Notes under the pieces: model-generated | Seen by the model: only the letters and a program-made list of their open reading frames with translations | Database searches by the model: none | Told to the model about the DNA's origin: nothing | Translations under genes and position numbers: made by a program | Assembly (NCBI RefSeq): GCF_001194135.2 | Contig: NC_069002.1 | Span: forward strand, 36,455,151 to 36,519,150 | From: Octopus bimaculoides | Lineage: Eukaryota | DNA length: 64,000 nucleotides | Reading direction: 5' to 3' | Shown: one piece after another, positions 25,801-37,600 of the stretch | How the letters are laid out: each line of letters opens with the position of its first letter | How positions within the stretch are numbered: position 1 is the stretch's first letter

Positions 25801-28800
25801 TAATTTAGATAATTCCTCAAAGTAAGAATTTGATTGATTGATTGATTTACTATTCTTTTTTGTTTTTTAACAATTGGTTTTGTATTGTGTCATTCTCAGA
25901 CCTGTGGCACACATTTAGGCAAATAACAAAGTGTCGCCCATGAATTTATTCTTTTAGATAAAGCCTTGTTTCTGTGCCTAGCTAAGGACCATACTCTAAC
26001 ACGTAGTGGTTGATCATATGGAATGCAGTGTGACAGTGGGGACGTGTCTTCTGTCCATTATCTGGACTGCTTCCATACACTGCACTCTGTCCACTGTCCA
26101 AACAACTACACCAACACCAAGTGTCTTTTTGTACACTTGGTGTTTGTGTTATCATTTTGATCTTGGTCGACCCTAATCTATTGATCAAAAGCTTTCCAAC
26201 CATGCCTAACCCATCTGTTTTCAGAAACAGTATTCCCAGAACTATATTGTAATGTGTCTTTCTCTTTAAAATACTTTGGTGTGAGATGAGGGAGATCTGG
26301 CTGTCATTTTTAGCATTGTTCATTCCATGTCTTCAGTTTGAGGATAATTTAACCCTTTCGCATTCAGATTACTCTGTCTAAAAAATAATGCATATTTATT
26401 CACATTGTTTTGAATGAATCATGCCTTGCCTCAAACTTCTGAGATTTCAATGATGTTATGCATTATTTTTAGAATGACATTGTAAGATAGGTTTGAAAGG
26501 CCAGATCAGGCCAGTTTGAACATAAAACAGGGAGAATATTTGGGCCAAATATGCCCTGTTTAAATTCTAAAGTGTTAATCCTTTCTTCCTTTCAGTTTCA
26601 GAGCCACTGAAAAGGGTCATTGGGCTTTGCTACCTCTGATTCAGCCATTTAAAGAAAAATAGTGTGTGTATATGTGGGGGGGGAGTGTCTATGTATTGGG
26701 CTTCGTTGTTTGCTCGTCCACACATTATTGTCGTTTAGTTCTGATTCAGGAGACTTGTGTTGATTTCTCCTCCTCTCACCCTACCCACACCAAACTCTCC
26801 GTTCACTGCTCCCAATTCCTCCCTCTGCGCAGGCTCTGCATTGACAATCATGACTTTGAGACTCAGACTCAACTCATGGCTCGCCACTTCATCCTTCGTG
26901 GATATCTCAAATATGTAATATAATTTGATAAATCTAGATGGATAAGATTAGTACTGGACATAAATACTAAGGTTATGATAGTCATCAAAAGTCCATAAAG
27001 ATGGTGCTCTAGCATGGCCACAGTAAAAAACTAAATAAATAGAAGTATTCTGATTGTTTTGTCTCATTGTTCCATTTTATCTTTGGTATTTTAGTGAGAA
27101 CAAGCCAAGCGGTAAAGTAACTGGTAAGGAACATTTGGTATTTACAGACCAAGAAAGCACCTTGTACCATTTTGTTATTGAAGGAAGCACCATCACAGAT
27201 GTCTCTAAACTTCCTGTGGAGGTAAGCTAGCTTATTACATCTTCAGAATAATCTACCCAAAAACACCATCCATAAGCAACACTGTGGTTTAGTTTGTGTT
27301 AAGATGAACATCATTTAATGCAGGGTACGTTCAAAAGATAATTGGAAATAATTAAGTGGTGAGAAGTAAGCAATATTAGTCATTGGCTAAGTACAGAGAA
27401 ATCTATGATTTGCTGATGAGGTCATAATAAAACTGAAACATGTCCAGAGTTGTTTCCCTTACTGAAATGATGTACTAATATAATTCTCAGTGTTTCTCCT
27501 CTTGGTTTGTCCTTCCTTTTTGACATGCATATCAAAGGCAATTAACTGCCAAGATGCTCTTACTATCTCTGTATGTTGTCATATATAATTGTATATTTTA
27601 TTATTTATTAAATGATAAAGAGGGACATGTATTTTATTCATTTGATTCCTTTAAATACACAAGTAATTGAATATAAAACCAAATATTTATCACTGTGGAT
27701 TTTCAAAATATCTGCTAGTTAAAATAATATCTATCATCAACTGATATTGTTTTTCCCTCGTTGCATAAATACCTTTAGTTTATCTATTAATGCTCCGTGT
27801 ATCAACTATGTTAACTATTACATTTACACATGTTTTCATTCCTTTCAACTCAGGTTTTGTTGGAACTCCTGGAGTCTTGTATGTGTAGCAAGCTTGCTAC
27901 CTGCAGCCTATGATACCATGCTATCTGTTCTTTTCAACTGTCTGATATTTCCCTAATTATTCTGGCTGTGCCAAGGAAGCAAATATTTTATAACAGTTCT
28001 GCTGGGCACTCTATTCCAATTTCCTTTATATTCTTCTTGATGCCTTCTGATACTGTCCTGAAGGATCCAACACTATCTTCACCTTCTACATTTTCCATAG
28101 CTGGGCTGTTTCATACTTTAGAGAATTGAACATGTCTATATTTTTGCCTTCCTTCTTGACTATTCATTCGTCAAAGGGGCATGCAACATCAGTTCTATAG
28201 CATATGTGGTTCACGTTGTCCACCACCACTAGGTCTGCCTTGTTGTGTTCAAGTACAAGATTTTGTAGGTCTCCAACTCCTCCACTCTCTGCAGTTTGTG
28301 CTCATACCATGTCTTGCCTTGCTCTAGACTCCACTTTTCACATAGGTAGCATTTTTGCTACCTCACCATGTTACCAAAACTTGTAGTAGTTTTGGGCAAG
28401 TCTAAGGCATTCGTTATCAATATAAATATATTGATATGAATACATATAAATGTATTTCTATATTTTAGTTAGTTATGTTCCGTCCAACCTGTCTTAGTAT
28501 TCATGTATTTTGGTGTGAATGAATATGTTATCAAGTCGTTTCAAGAGAATTGGAATATTGACAAGTTTTACTAGATCAAAGTTTTTCTTTTTTGGATTAT
28601 TTTGTTAACAGGGGACTTCAGAATGTGTGGATGTCTCTCCCAATACCTGGGGTAGACAAAAGGTTTGTCTTTTAGACATTTTTTTTTCTGAAAAATTTTC
28701 TTGTGTTTACATTTTATTCAGTATGGCTTCTGCTAATAGAGGCACAGCAAGAGGTACTAATGAGAAAAGAAGTGGCACTGAATATGCTCCAAATAACAAA

Positions 28801-30971
28801 ATAACTTTTGAACACATGAAAGTGAATTTAAAAAAAGGTAACCAAAAAAAAAAGACAATGAAATAAATAAATTCAGTTATAAACATTATCTGGTACTCAA
28901 AAACACAAATTTGCATGACATAAACAGAAGTACAAACAACGAATACAACAACAATAACAGTAATGCAAACTTGTATGAATTTAACAAAAGTACTAACAAC
29001 TCCTTTGCTATCATAACAAATCATAGGGAAGTTTTAGACACAGGTCAAGTTCAGTCAACGAAAGTGGCATGGCAATGATAAGTTACAAAGAAGTGTGCTT
29101 CTTTGCCTGAGGGATTTATCCAAGAACAAGCAAAGAGGAAAGCCCTTCAGCTTTTGTAAAGCTTTCTGTTTTACAAAAGCTGGAGGAGATGACCACAATG
29201 CCCACATATTACCATATGCCCTCAAAGGAACAATTAATGGAAGCCCTTGACAATTTGTGGTATGATGTGTATTCCATTGATAGATGTTGGGTATATAAGG
29301 TATGTACCAAGTCTTCAAAAGTGAGGATAAAGTAAAATCCAGGTGAGGCTGGTGTGCTACACACTTGCAACTTGCAAATGGATGCTCAGCAAGAGATGTT
29401 GGTGGTGATATTAACCCTTGGCTTATCTTCTTTGTGTTTCTGACATATTACAGGCAGGTGGTGGGCACACAGGTGAGCACAGAATGATGTAGTTTGCATG
29501 ACCATGCAAGTTCTAATGACCCCTGAAGATTTCACGATAATCTTGGAGCTGAATCCCATTGTCAGAGCTGAGAGAAGGGTAATAAGGCTGGTGGTGCAAA
29601 GCAGAAAGCATAGCTGCTTCATGTGTAGTGGCAGTGTGAGTTACAGGAGCTGGAAAGACAGTGAGAATGGACAACAGCAACAATAATTACAGGTTGCTTC
29701 TAGAATAGTACCAATTGCATCACTAGTTGCAGCCTCAAAGAGAGTGGAAAAAAATCTCTTCATTTTCAATGCCAGAAACTGCTCACAGGAGATCCTTTCC
29801 TCCAGCCATGACCAATGGTGTCACCCCATCATCTTGTAATAATGAGGAGGTGATAGAAGAGAGCCAGGGGTGGATAAATTTTGGGGACATTGGAAAACAA
29901 AAGACTTCCCCTGCCAAAAAAAAAAAAGTAAGCTCAAGCAGAAAGAGTGAGTCACATCTCTCATTGGGTTTGTATGCAGTTGACAATCCTTAGAAAAAAA
30001 ACCCACCAAAGGACTGTTGGAGGATTTGAATGCAATGCAGGAAGACATAGAAGATTAAATTGTAAACTGAAGCAGTGATGAGCTTTGTCTATGTGGAACA
30101 TGCAAGCGATTAACTATTTCAGGTACCAGGAGAGGTGGCACCTTTTTTTTATACACTCCGAATCTTGAGTTGCTCACTGGCACCTTCAGGACTGATCATT
30201 TTGAGGATATATATGGATGTAGGGTACATGAAAAGAGGAGGTGGTCAGTATAAATGGATGCCCTTATCAAGTTCTGATGATTGCTTTTTGCATGTGTGTG
30301 GGTTGGTTGCTATTATTTGTTTTGTGTTTTTATTTATATTCTTTTATTTATATCTATTTATATTTTTATATATATTTGTGTAAAGTTTTAAAAAAATCTT
30401 AATATATCCCGATATATTGTATGACATCCTTGCCCACTTCTTGTCATCATTTTACACATCTTTCTAACCTTTTCGTTATGTGTTAATGTATGAACGAGCC
30501 TTGATGGCCTTACAAAACAAACAATTATTATTACTATTATTGGATTAGCATAATCATTAGTGTTGGACAAAAACCTTGCAATAACAAAAAAATAATGGTA
30601 AGAGTGAGCCTTCCATGAATATCTCCTCGTGTATTTTCACATTTCCTAATGGTTGTGTATATTTTTGAGAGATTTTTCAGCCAGAATCTCTGAATACCAT
30701 CTGGCTGGTTTAGGAGTTTTCCAATTTAAATATCTCTTGCACTTTCTTTGTTTTCGTCCATCTTCCATTTCACTTTCAAATTTCCATAACCGGTCTGCTT
30801 CTAAATCATACTGAACTTCTTTGCTGCTGCTACTGCTTATTATTATTATTATTATTATTTTTAACTCAGGTTTTGTTGGAACTCCTGGAGTCTTGCATGC
30901 GTAGCAGACTTGCTACCTGCAGCCTATAGTACCATGCTACCTGTTCTTTTTAACTATCTGAAAATACTTTC

Positions 30972-31039
<68 letters not shown>

Positions 31040-33892
31040 GGCAGTGGTGAGCTGGCAGAATCATTTGCATGATGGGCAAAATGCTTGGTGGCATTTTGTC
31101 TGTCTTTACATTTTGAGTTCAAATTCTGCCAAGGTTGATTTCGCCTTTCATCCTTTTGGGGTGGATAAATATGTACCAGTTGAAAACTGAGGTTGATTTA
31201 ATTGACTGAGCTCCTCCCCCAAAATTACTGACTTTGTACCAAAATTATTATTCGAGCTGGCCTAAGGTGGTGCGCTGGCAGAATCGTTAGCACGGCAGGT
31301 GAAATGCTTAACTGTATTTTGGCCGTCACTACGTTCTGGGTTCAAATTCCGCCCAGGTCGACTTTGCCTTTCACCCTTTCAGAGTCGATAAATTAAGTAC
31401 CAGTTGAGTACTGGGGTCGATGTAATCAACTATCCCCTCCCCCAAAATTTCTGGCCTTGTGCCTATAGTAGAAAGGATTATTATTATTATTATTATTATC
31501 ATCATTGTTATTTAAATTAATTTTCAGAGTGGACTTAGTATCATTACTTCATTAGCCTGGAAAAACGATCATTTGGCTTTTGGTGATGTTGATGGTGTCT
31601 TATCAATCTGGGACCTCAAAGGAAGAATATCAAGGTTTGTTTCATGAAATTTGTACTCTATTTTATTATCAAGATCTTTTTCTCTCAGTAATCACCACAG
31701 ACTTGTTGATGCTTACCCCTGAGGTCAACTCTAATCCAATAAAAAAAGTTATAGAAAGCATTTCTTTCATTTGTAACATACTTTCTGTTTTTTTGTTTTT
31801 GTTTTCTAAATGTAGTGTATGGGTGGGGGTGTTGCAAAGTTCCTGGCTTTAAGGGTATCGTGAAAGGCCTGGTTGGAAGCCCAACCTTCCAAGTTCTTTT
31901 ACTGGGCTTAGAATAACTGAAGGAATGCTGCAATGAGTGAATTTGGGAGGGGAATATGTTGGATAAACTGATCCTCCTGTATTTTCTTTTACCCAAAGCC
32001 AGAAACCTTTCAGCACTCTCTTGTGTCTAACACTATATCAACTCTCCTGTTACTTTTCTCAAGATGATAATTTATGATTTGAGAGTGATTTAGCTGCTAT
32101 TTTTTTGCAGATTGAGTGGCTACATATCTCCCTTCGGTCACATATCTGTTATTCACTGCATCCAACTTAATCCCTGTCTCTCACACTGTCTTCACTCTTG
32201 TACACTTACCCACTGTCCTGTCCTCTATCTCATATCCACTCGTATCTCTCTCTCTCTCTTTCCAGGTGAGCAAGCCATTATACTCACCACTTCAGCAAGA
32301 CACTTGCTTCTGTCCCTCTATGTTACTTTCATATTCCTGAATGCTATACCCCACTCATTTAAGGGGGTCTTGTCTTGTGGGTACTTGGTGGCTTCACTCG
32401 TGTTGCCACCATGAAAAAAGCACCCAGTAACACTCAGTGAAGTGGCTGACATTCTGGAGGGTATCTGACTGTAGAAACAATGCCAAAGCAGACATTGGAG
32501 CTTGGTGCAACCCTTGCTGATCTGTTTGTGTCAAACTGTCCAACTCATGCCACTAAACAAAAGAGGACATTAAATCATCACCATCGTTTTACATCCTCTT
32601 TCCATGCTGGCATGGGTTAGACACTTTGACTGGAACTGGTAAGCCGAAGAGCTGCGCCAGGTTCCAGTCTGATCTGGCATGGTTTCTACAGCTGGATGCC
32701 TTCCCCAATGCCTACCACTCCAGGAATATAATGAGTGCTTTTTATGTGCCACTGGTATGGGTGCCATGTGCACGACACCGGCAGTGGCCACGATTACAAT
32801 TTCACAGGTGCCATTTATGACACTGGCAACGGCCATGACTACGACTCCACTTGGTTTGACAAGTCTCAAGCACAGCATATCTCCAAAGGTCTGATGATAA
32901 TAATAGGACAAATAATGTATAATGTTTGTCTGTTGTTGTTGACAATGACCAAGAACACCATGGGAGGAGAAGATGGGTCATGGTGTGTCTGGCTGTGGTC
33001 GATCTGGCCAATATGTGCTCAGAAGGTTCTGCCACAGGGTGGGCACTACCTGTGGTCTGCTGAGAATGGAGGGAAGGAGTTGGCTCAGGACTTGTGCAGC
33101 TTTTTTCTCTTTGTGCTCCTGCGATTTTATTCTGTTTACAGGAGGTGGCCCCTCTTGATCTGCCAAGCATTTACATGCTGCTAAGGAGAGCACGAGAGCT
33201 CACATCTGACAGGCAGGTCATTTCATTCGTATGTCTGACACACACGGGGACCCAAAAGACTGTTTTACAATGAATTGGCAGAGTGTACTGGGTAGGTTTT
33301 ACATGGCATCAGCACTGGTGAGGTCTGTTTCGGCATGGTTTTTACAGCTGGATGCCCTTCCTAATACCAACCACTTTACAGATGAATATTTATTGAGAAT
33401 GTATACTCACACACAGGAAGAATTTAAAATTTTTTGTGTACATCTTTCCAGAACCATATCCACCCACAGATCAGCAATTAAAAAGATACGCTTTGGACCA
33501 GGGAAAGCAAATTTGAAATTCTTCCTCAAGTATAATGATGGCTTAGATATATACGAGATAAAAAGTCAAAAGGTAAGAGAAACAACTTTAACCCATTTTG
33601 TTAATGACAGTGTTTTTTTATAATTATATATTGTTTCTGTAAATATGAATGAGTTAAGTGTCTTTAATGCTCACGGGTCCTATGACCTACAAATGTACAG
33701 CTGACTTACAAGCTATGCATGACCTACATTTCTTAGAAATTAGAAATCTTCAGAGAAAGGGTACCCTACTTCACCAGTATGCACTAGTACAGTAGATGCA
33801 CTACATCACACACACACATAAATGTATATGTATATCTATCTGTCCATCCATCCATCCATCCATCCAATTTTTGGTGCCAGATGTTCTAGGCA

Positions 33893-33923
<31 letters not shown>

Positions 33924-34659
33924 GTATATGTATATATATACACACACACATATACATATATCTGCCAAATGAGCAAAAGGACTACTTTTACTTTTGCTGC
34001 CTTATGTGTCTCACAATGAAGGAAGACCCAAATCTACATCTAAGACCACACACACACACACACACTAAGAAAACCAACAAAGTTAAAATGAAAGAGTCTA
34101 GGTGATACTTTATTATCATTATTGTTGTAATTGTTGTTTCTGTTTCAGGAAGAACTGATCGTTTCTTATAAGTGTTCCAAAGATGTTCCCAAAATCATTG
34201 ATGCTGAATGGGGTCAGTCTGACAAGCCAGTTGTCTTGATGTCTGATGGCTATATCAGAGTGTTTGATCTTACTATGAAGAAGGCCTCCTCTCACATGAT
34301 GGACTGGGATTTAGAAGGTATCCCTTTAGTCTTTCAATGTTTCCAGTCAGTGGTGGACTGTTGCACCACTTCATTATACTAGCCCTTGCACATATTACTG
34401 TATTGAACACACACACACACACACACACATAACAAATCAGAGAAATGGCAAATGGAATTCACAAGAATCTTTATTCATCACAATGATTGTCTCAACCCAT
34501 CGTGCATTACTTCCTTGCAATTTGGTTATGGTGCATTCTTCAGTGCAGATGTGTGTCTCATTAGGTTTCCTTTTCAGAAAGAAGATACCTTTGCTCAATA
34601 TAATCAGTTTCACTTGATTCAGTTATACAGCATGTTGTTATTGCCAGTAGGTTCTCTCT

Positions 34660-34695
<36 letters not shown>

Positions 34696-37600
34696 ATTTA
34701 GCAGTATTGAAAGGTTGTATATGTTTTATATTACCAACCCTTATCTGGTTTCCAAGTAAGAGTTTTTTCTTTTATTCCACAAATGTTCAAAGTGCAAAAA
34801 TGTAAGCATGAAGATGCATTATGAACACACATTCATTTTATGATTGTTTCTCCATGCTTGCATAGGTTGAACAAATGTCATTTGAGGCATTGTTTTGCAG
34901 CCAAATGTTTTTCCTAATGCTAACCTTTGCCTCTTTTTCAAGTAAGGGATCTCTTATTCCACATTGCTTTAAAGCCATGAAGAAGCTTGACCATTTTGCT
35001 GACAGAAGAAACTGACAACAAAACTGCCCACAAACAAATACACAAGGACACATGCAATGACACACACACACACACACATTCTCATTTAACATCCCTTTTT
35101 CCATGGTGGCATGTTTTATATATATATATATATATATGTGTGCGTGTGTATACACATGCACACATACATGCATGCACAAACACGCATACACATGATTAAA
35201 AATTTTTTTTTTTTTTAGAGAAAATATTTTGCCCTTCCTTCCTACCTTCTCCTGGATCTTTATTGATGAAAACATTTCTACAACATCAACCGTGGAATGA
35301 AAAATATACGTTTGAGCTGTCTGGTATGAGGGATGAGGAGCAAGAAATTCAGACTGCTGTCAATAAACAACTAAAACTTATTAACAGGTAATCATCATCG
35401 TTTAACGTCCACTTTCCATGCTAGCATGGGTTGGACGAAATAATGTTCTTTCTTTCTCTTGTCTATAATTTTATAGGAGAGTAATGGGGTGATTGGTGAT
35501 TTTCTTTCACCTCAGGTCAGCATTGGTCAAACAGACATATGATTAAAGGCATTCTAAAAGTAATTGTAATGTTAATGATGGTGGTAATAATGAGATTAAC
35601 AACAATAATAATGTTTAGAAAATTACTATTTTTAAATCTCACAACGTGAGATATTCAGCGACAATATTTTGGAGTAAAGATTGTTTGCCAACATAACATG
35701 GCAGTCCTGGTTTAGGACGAATGTTACTGTAATTTAGCCCCAGGAAACATCATCTCCAACTGGCTATAAAGTAATTTTCTCATTTATTGATCAATGACTA
35801 GTTGTCACTTTGAAAACTATATTTTTTGAATGGGAATTTGGCAGCGCCACCTCTAGCTGAGCAATTATTCTGTGCCGATGAAGGGAAATAATCCAGAAGT
35901 TGTGATACACAGATATTGTTTTGAACTGAGTGGGGGTGCTAGATTCCCTTGTTTGAAAATATAAGGACACAAATCATGTCGTATAGCCAGCTGGAGACAA
36001 TGTCTCCTGGGGCTAAATTACAGCAACATTCATCCTAAACCAGGACTGCCATGTTATATTGGCAAACAATCTTTACTCCAATAATAATGATGATAATGAT
36101 AGTGTGAGGGTGCATGGCTGTGGTTTGGGTGTTCGACTCATGAGTATAAGATTGTGGTTTCGATTCTTGGACTGAGCAATGTGTTGTGTTCTTGGAGGTG
36201 GCCAGCTGACAGAATCATGAGGAACAAAAGGTTTAGTGGCATTTTGTCCATCTTCGCATTCTGAGTTCAAATTCTTCTGAGGTCGACTTTGCTTTCATCC
36301 CTTTGGGGTCGATGAAAAAAGTACCAGTTGAACCCTGGAATCGATTTAATTGATTTGCCCCTCCCCCTAAATAGCTGGCCTTGTGCCAAAATTTGAAAGT
36401 AACGAAAGAATAATGAGAATGATAATGAAGGATGTTAATGAGGTGAATAATGATGATGGTAATGACTGCTAATAATAATGGTAATAACTGGTAATAATTA
36501 TGATAATGATAATGGTAATATTGGTAATGACTGCAACAACAATGGTAACAGTGGTGGTAGGGACAGTGGCAGTGGTGGTGATGACAGCGGCAGTGGTGGT
36601 GATGACAGCGTTAATAAAGGTGGTAACGATCCTGGTAATAAGGATGTTAATGAAGATGACAGTGATGATGATGATGATGATGATAATGACCATTGGTAAT
36701 AATAATTATCAATTGTAAAGACAATGTTCTTATTTTCTCTCCACCGTTCAGTGACTTGATGACTTACCTTCCTTCTTCAAAGTTCGGTGTAGCTCAACGT
36801 TGTCTTTTCGTTGCCAAGTAAGTTACTTTTTCTCCTTTCACTTCTCTTCATTTCACTATATTGTATTTCCTTTATTGTAAATGAGAAAAAATATAGTATT
36901 TCAACCATTCATTCATCCATTCGATATCAGGCAAATGCTAGTGCCAGTCATATTGGTTTACCTTATCTATATAAAAGGCCAAATCAAGCCAAAATCATGT
37001 GATCTGGTTGTCCGAGTGGCATACGTCTTCATGTTCTGAGTTCAAATTCTGCCGAAATTGACTTTGCCTTTCATCCTTTCGGGGTCAATAAAATAAGTAC
37101 CAGTAATCGATTTACACCTCACCTGAAATTGCAGGCCTTGTACCAAAATTTTAAATCAATATGTTGTATAAATTATTTATATAATATGTTATTGAAAGCA
37201 TTTAAAGATTTTCATATGCTGTATAAACTATTTAAATATTTATAATATGTTGTATAAACTATTTGGAAGTTATAATGTTTTATATATTATTTAAAGGTTA
37301 TTTGGTGATGAAGCTGAACTTCACTTTTGGACCGTTGCACTCCACTATATTAGATCTGAGAAAATATCTCCCATGAGTAAGGTAGGTTACCAATGGGGCT
37401 TATTTGATGAACTAATCTTTTACTCTACATCACTCAAATATTTACTTAATGTTACATATATGGTTACTCAATATATAAAACAAAGAGAGACGACAAAGAA
37501 ATAAATGAACTTCATTATCTTATAACTGTTTCTGCTATAAGATGTAGTTGACACCTTATAGCTTTATCAGAGCCTTGAGCTATAAGGTGTTATTCAGCAA

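Noticed and set aside
26596-26616. Possible WDR11 micro-exon after a pyrimidine-rich cag
   Set aside because: The available GT (gtcatt) is poor and the 20-nt length would break the phase 2-2 join of exons 16-17.
35838-35860. CTCF-like motif CAGCGCCACCTCTAGCTG inside the MITE
   Set aside because: The 3' half deviates from consensus and such GC cores are common in MITE interiors; untestable without ChIP data.
36469-36718. Asp/Asn/Gly-rich ORFs open in three frames
   Set aside because: Trinucleotide low-complexity tract inside a WDR11 intron; no suitable splice sites, and flanking exons 21-22 join in phase without it.
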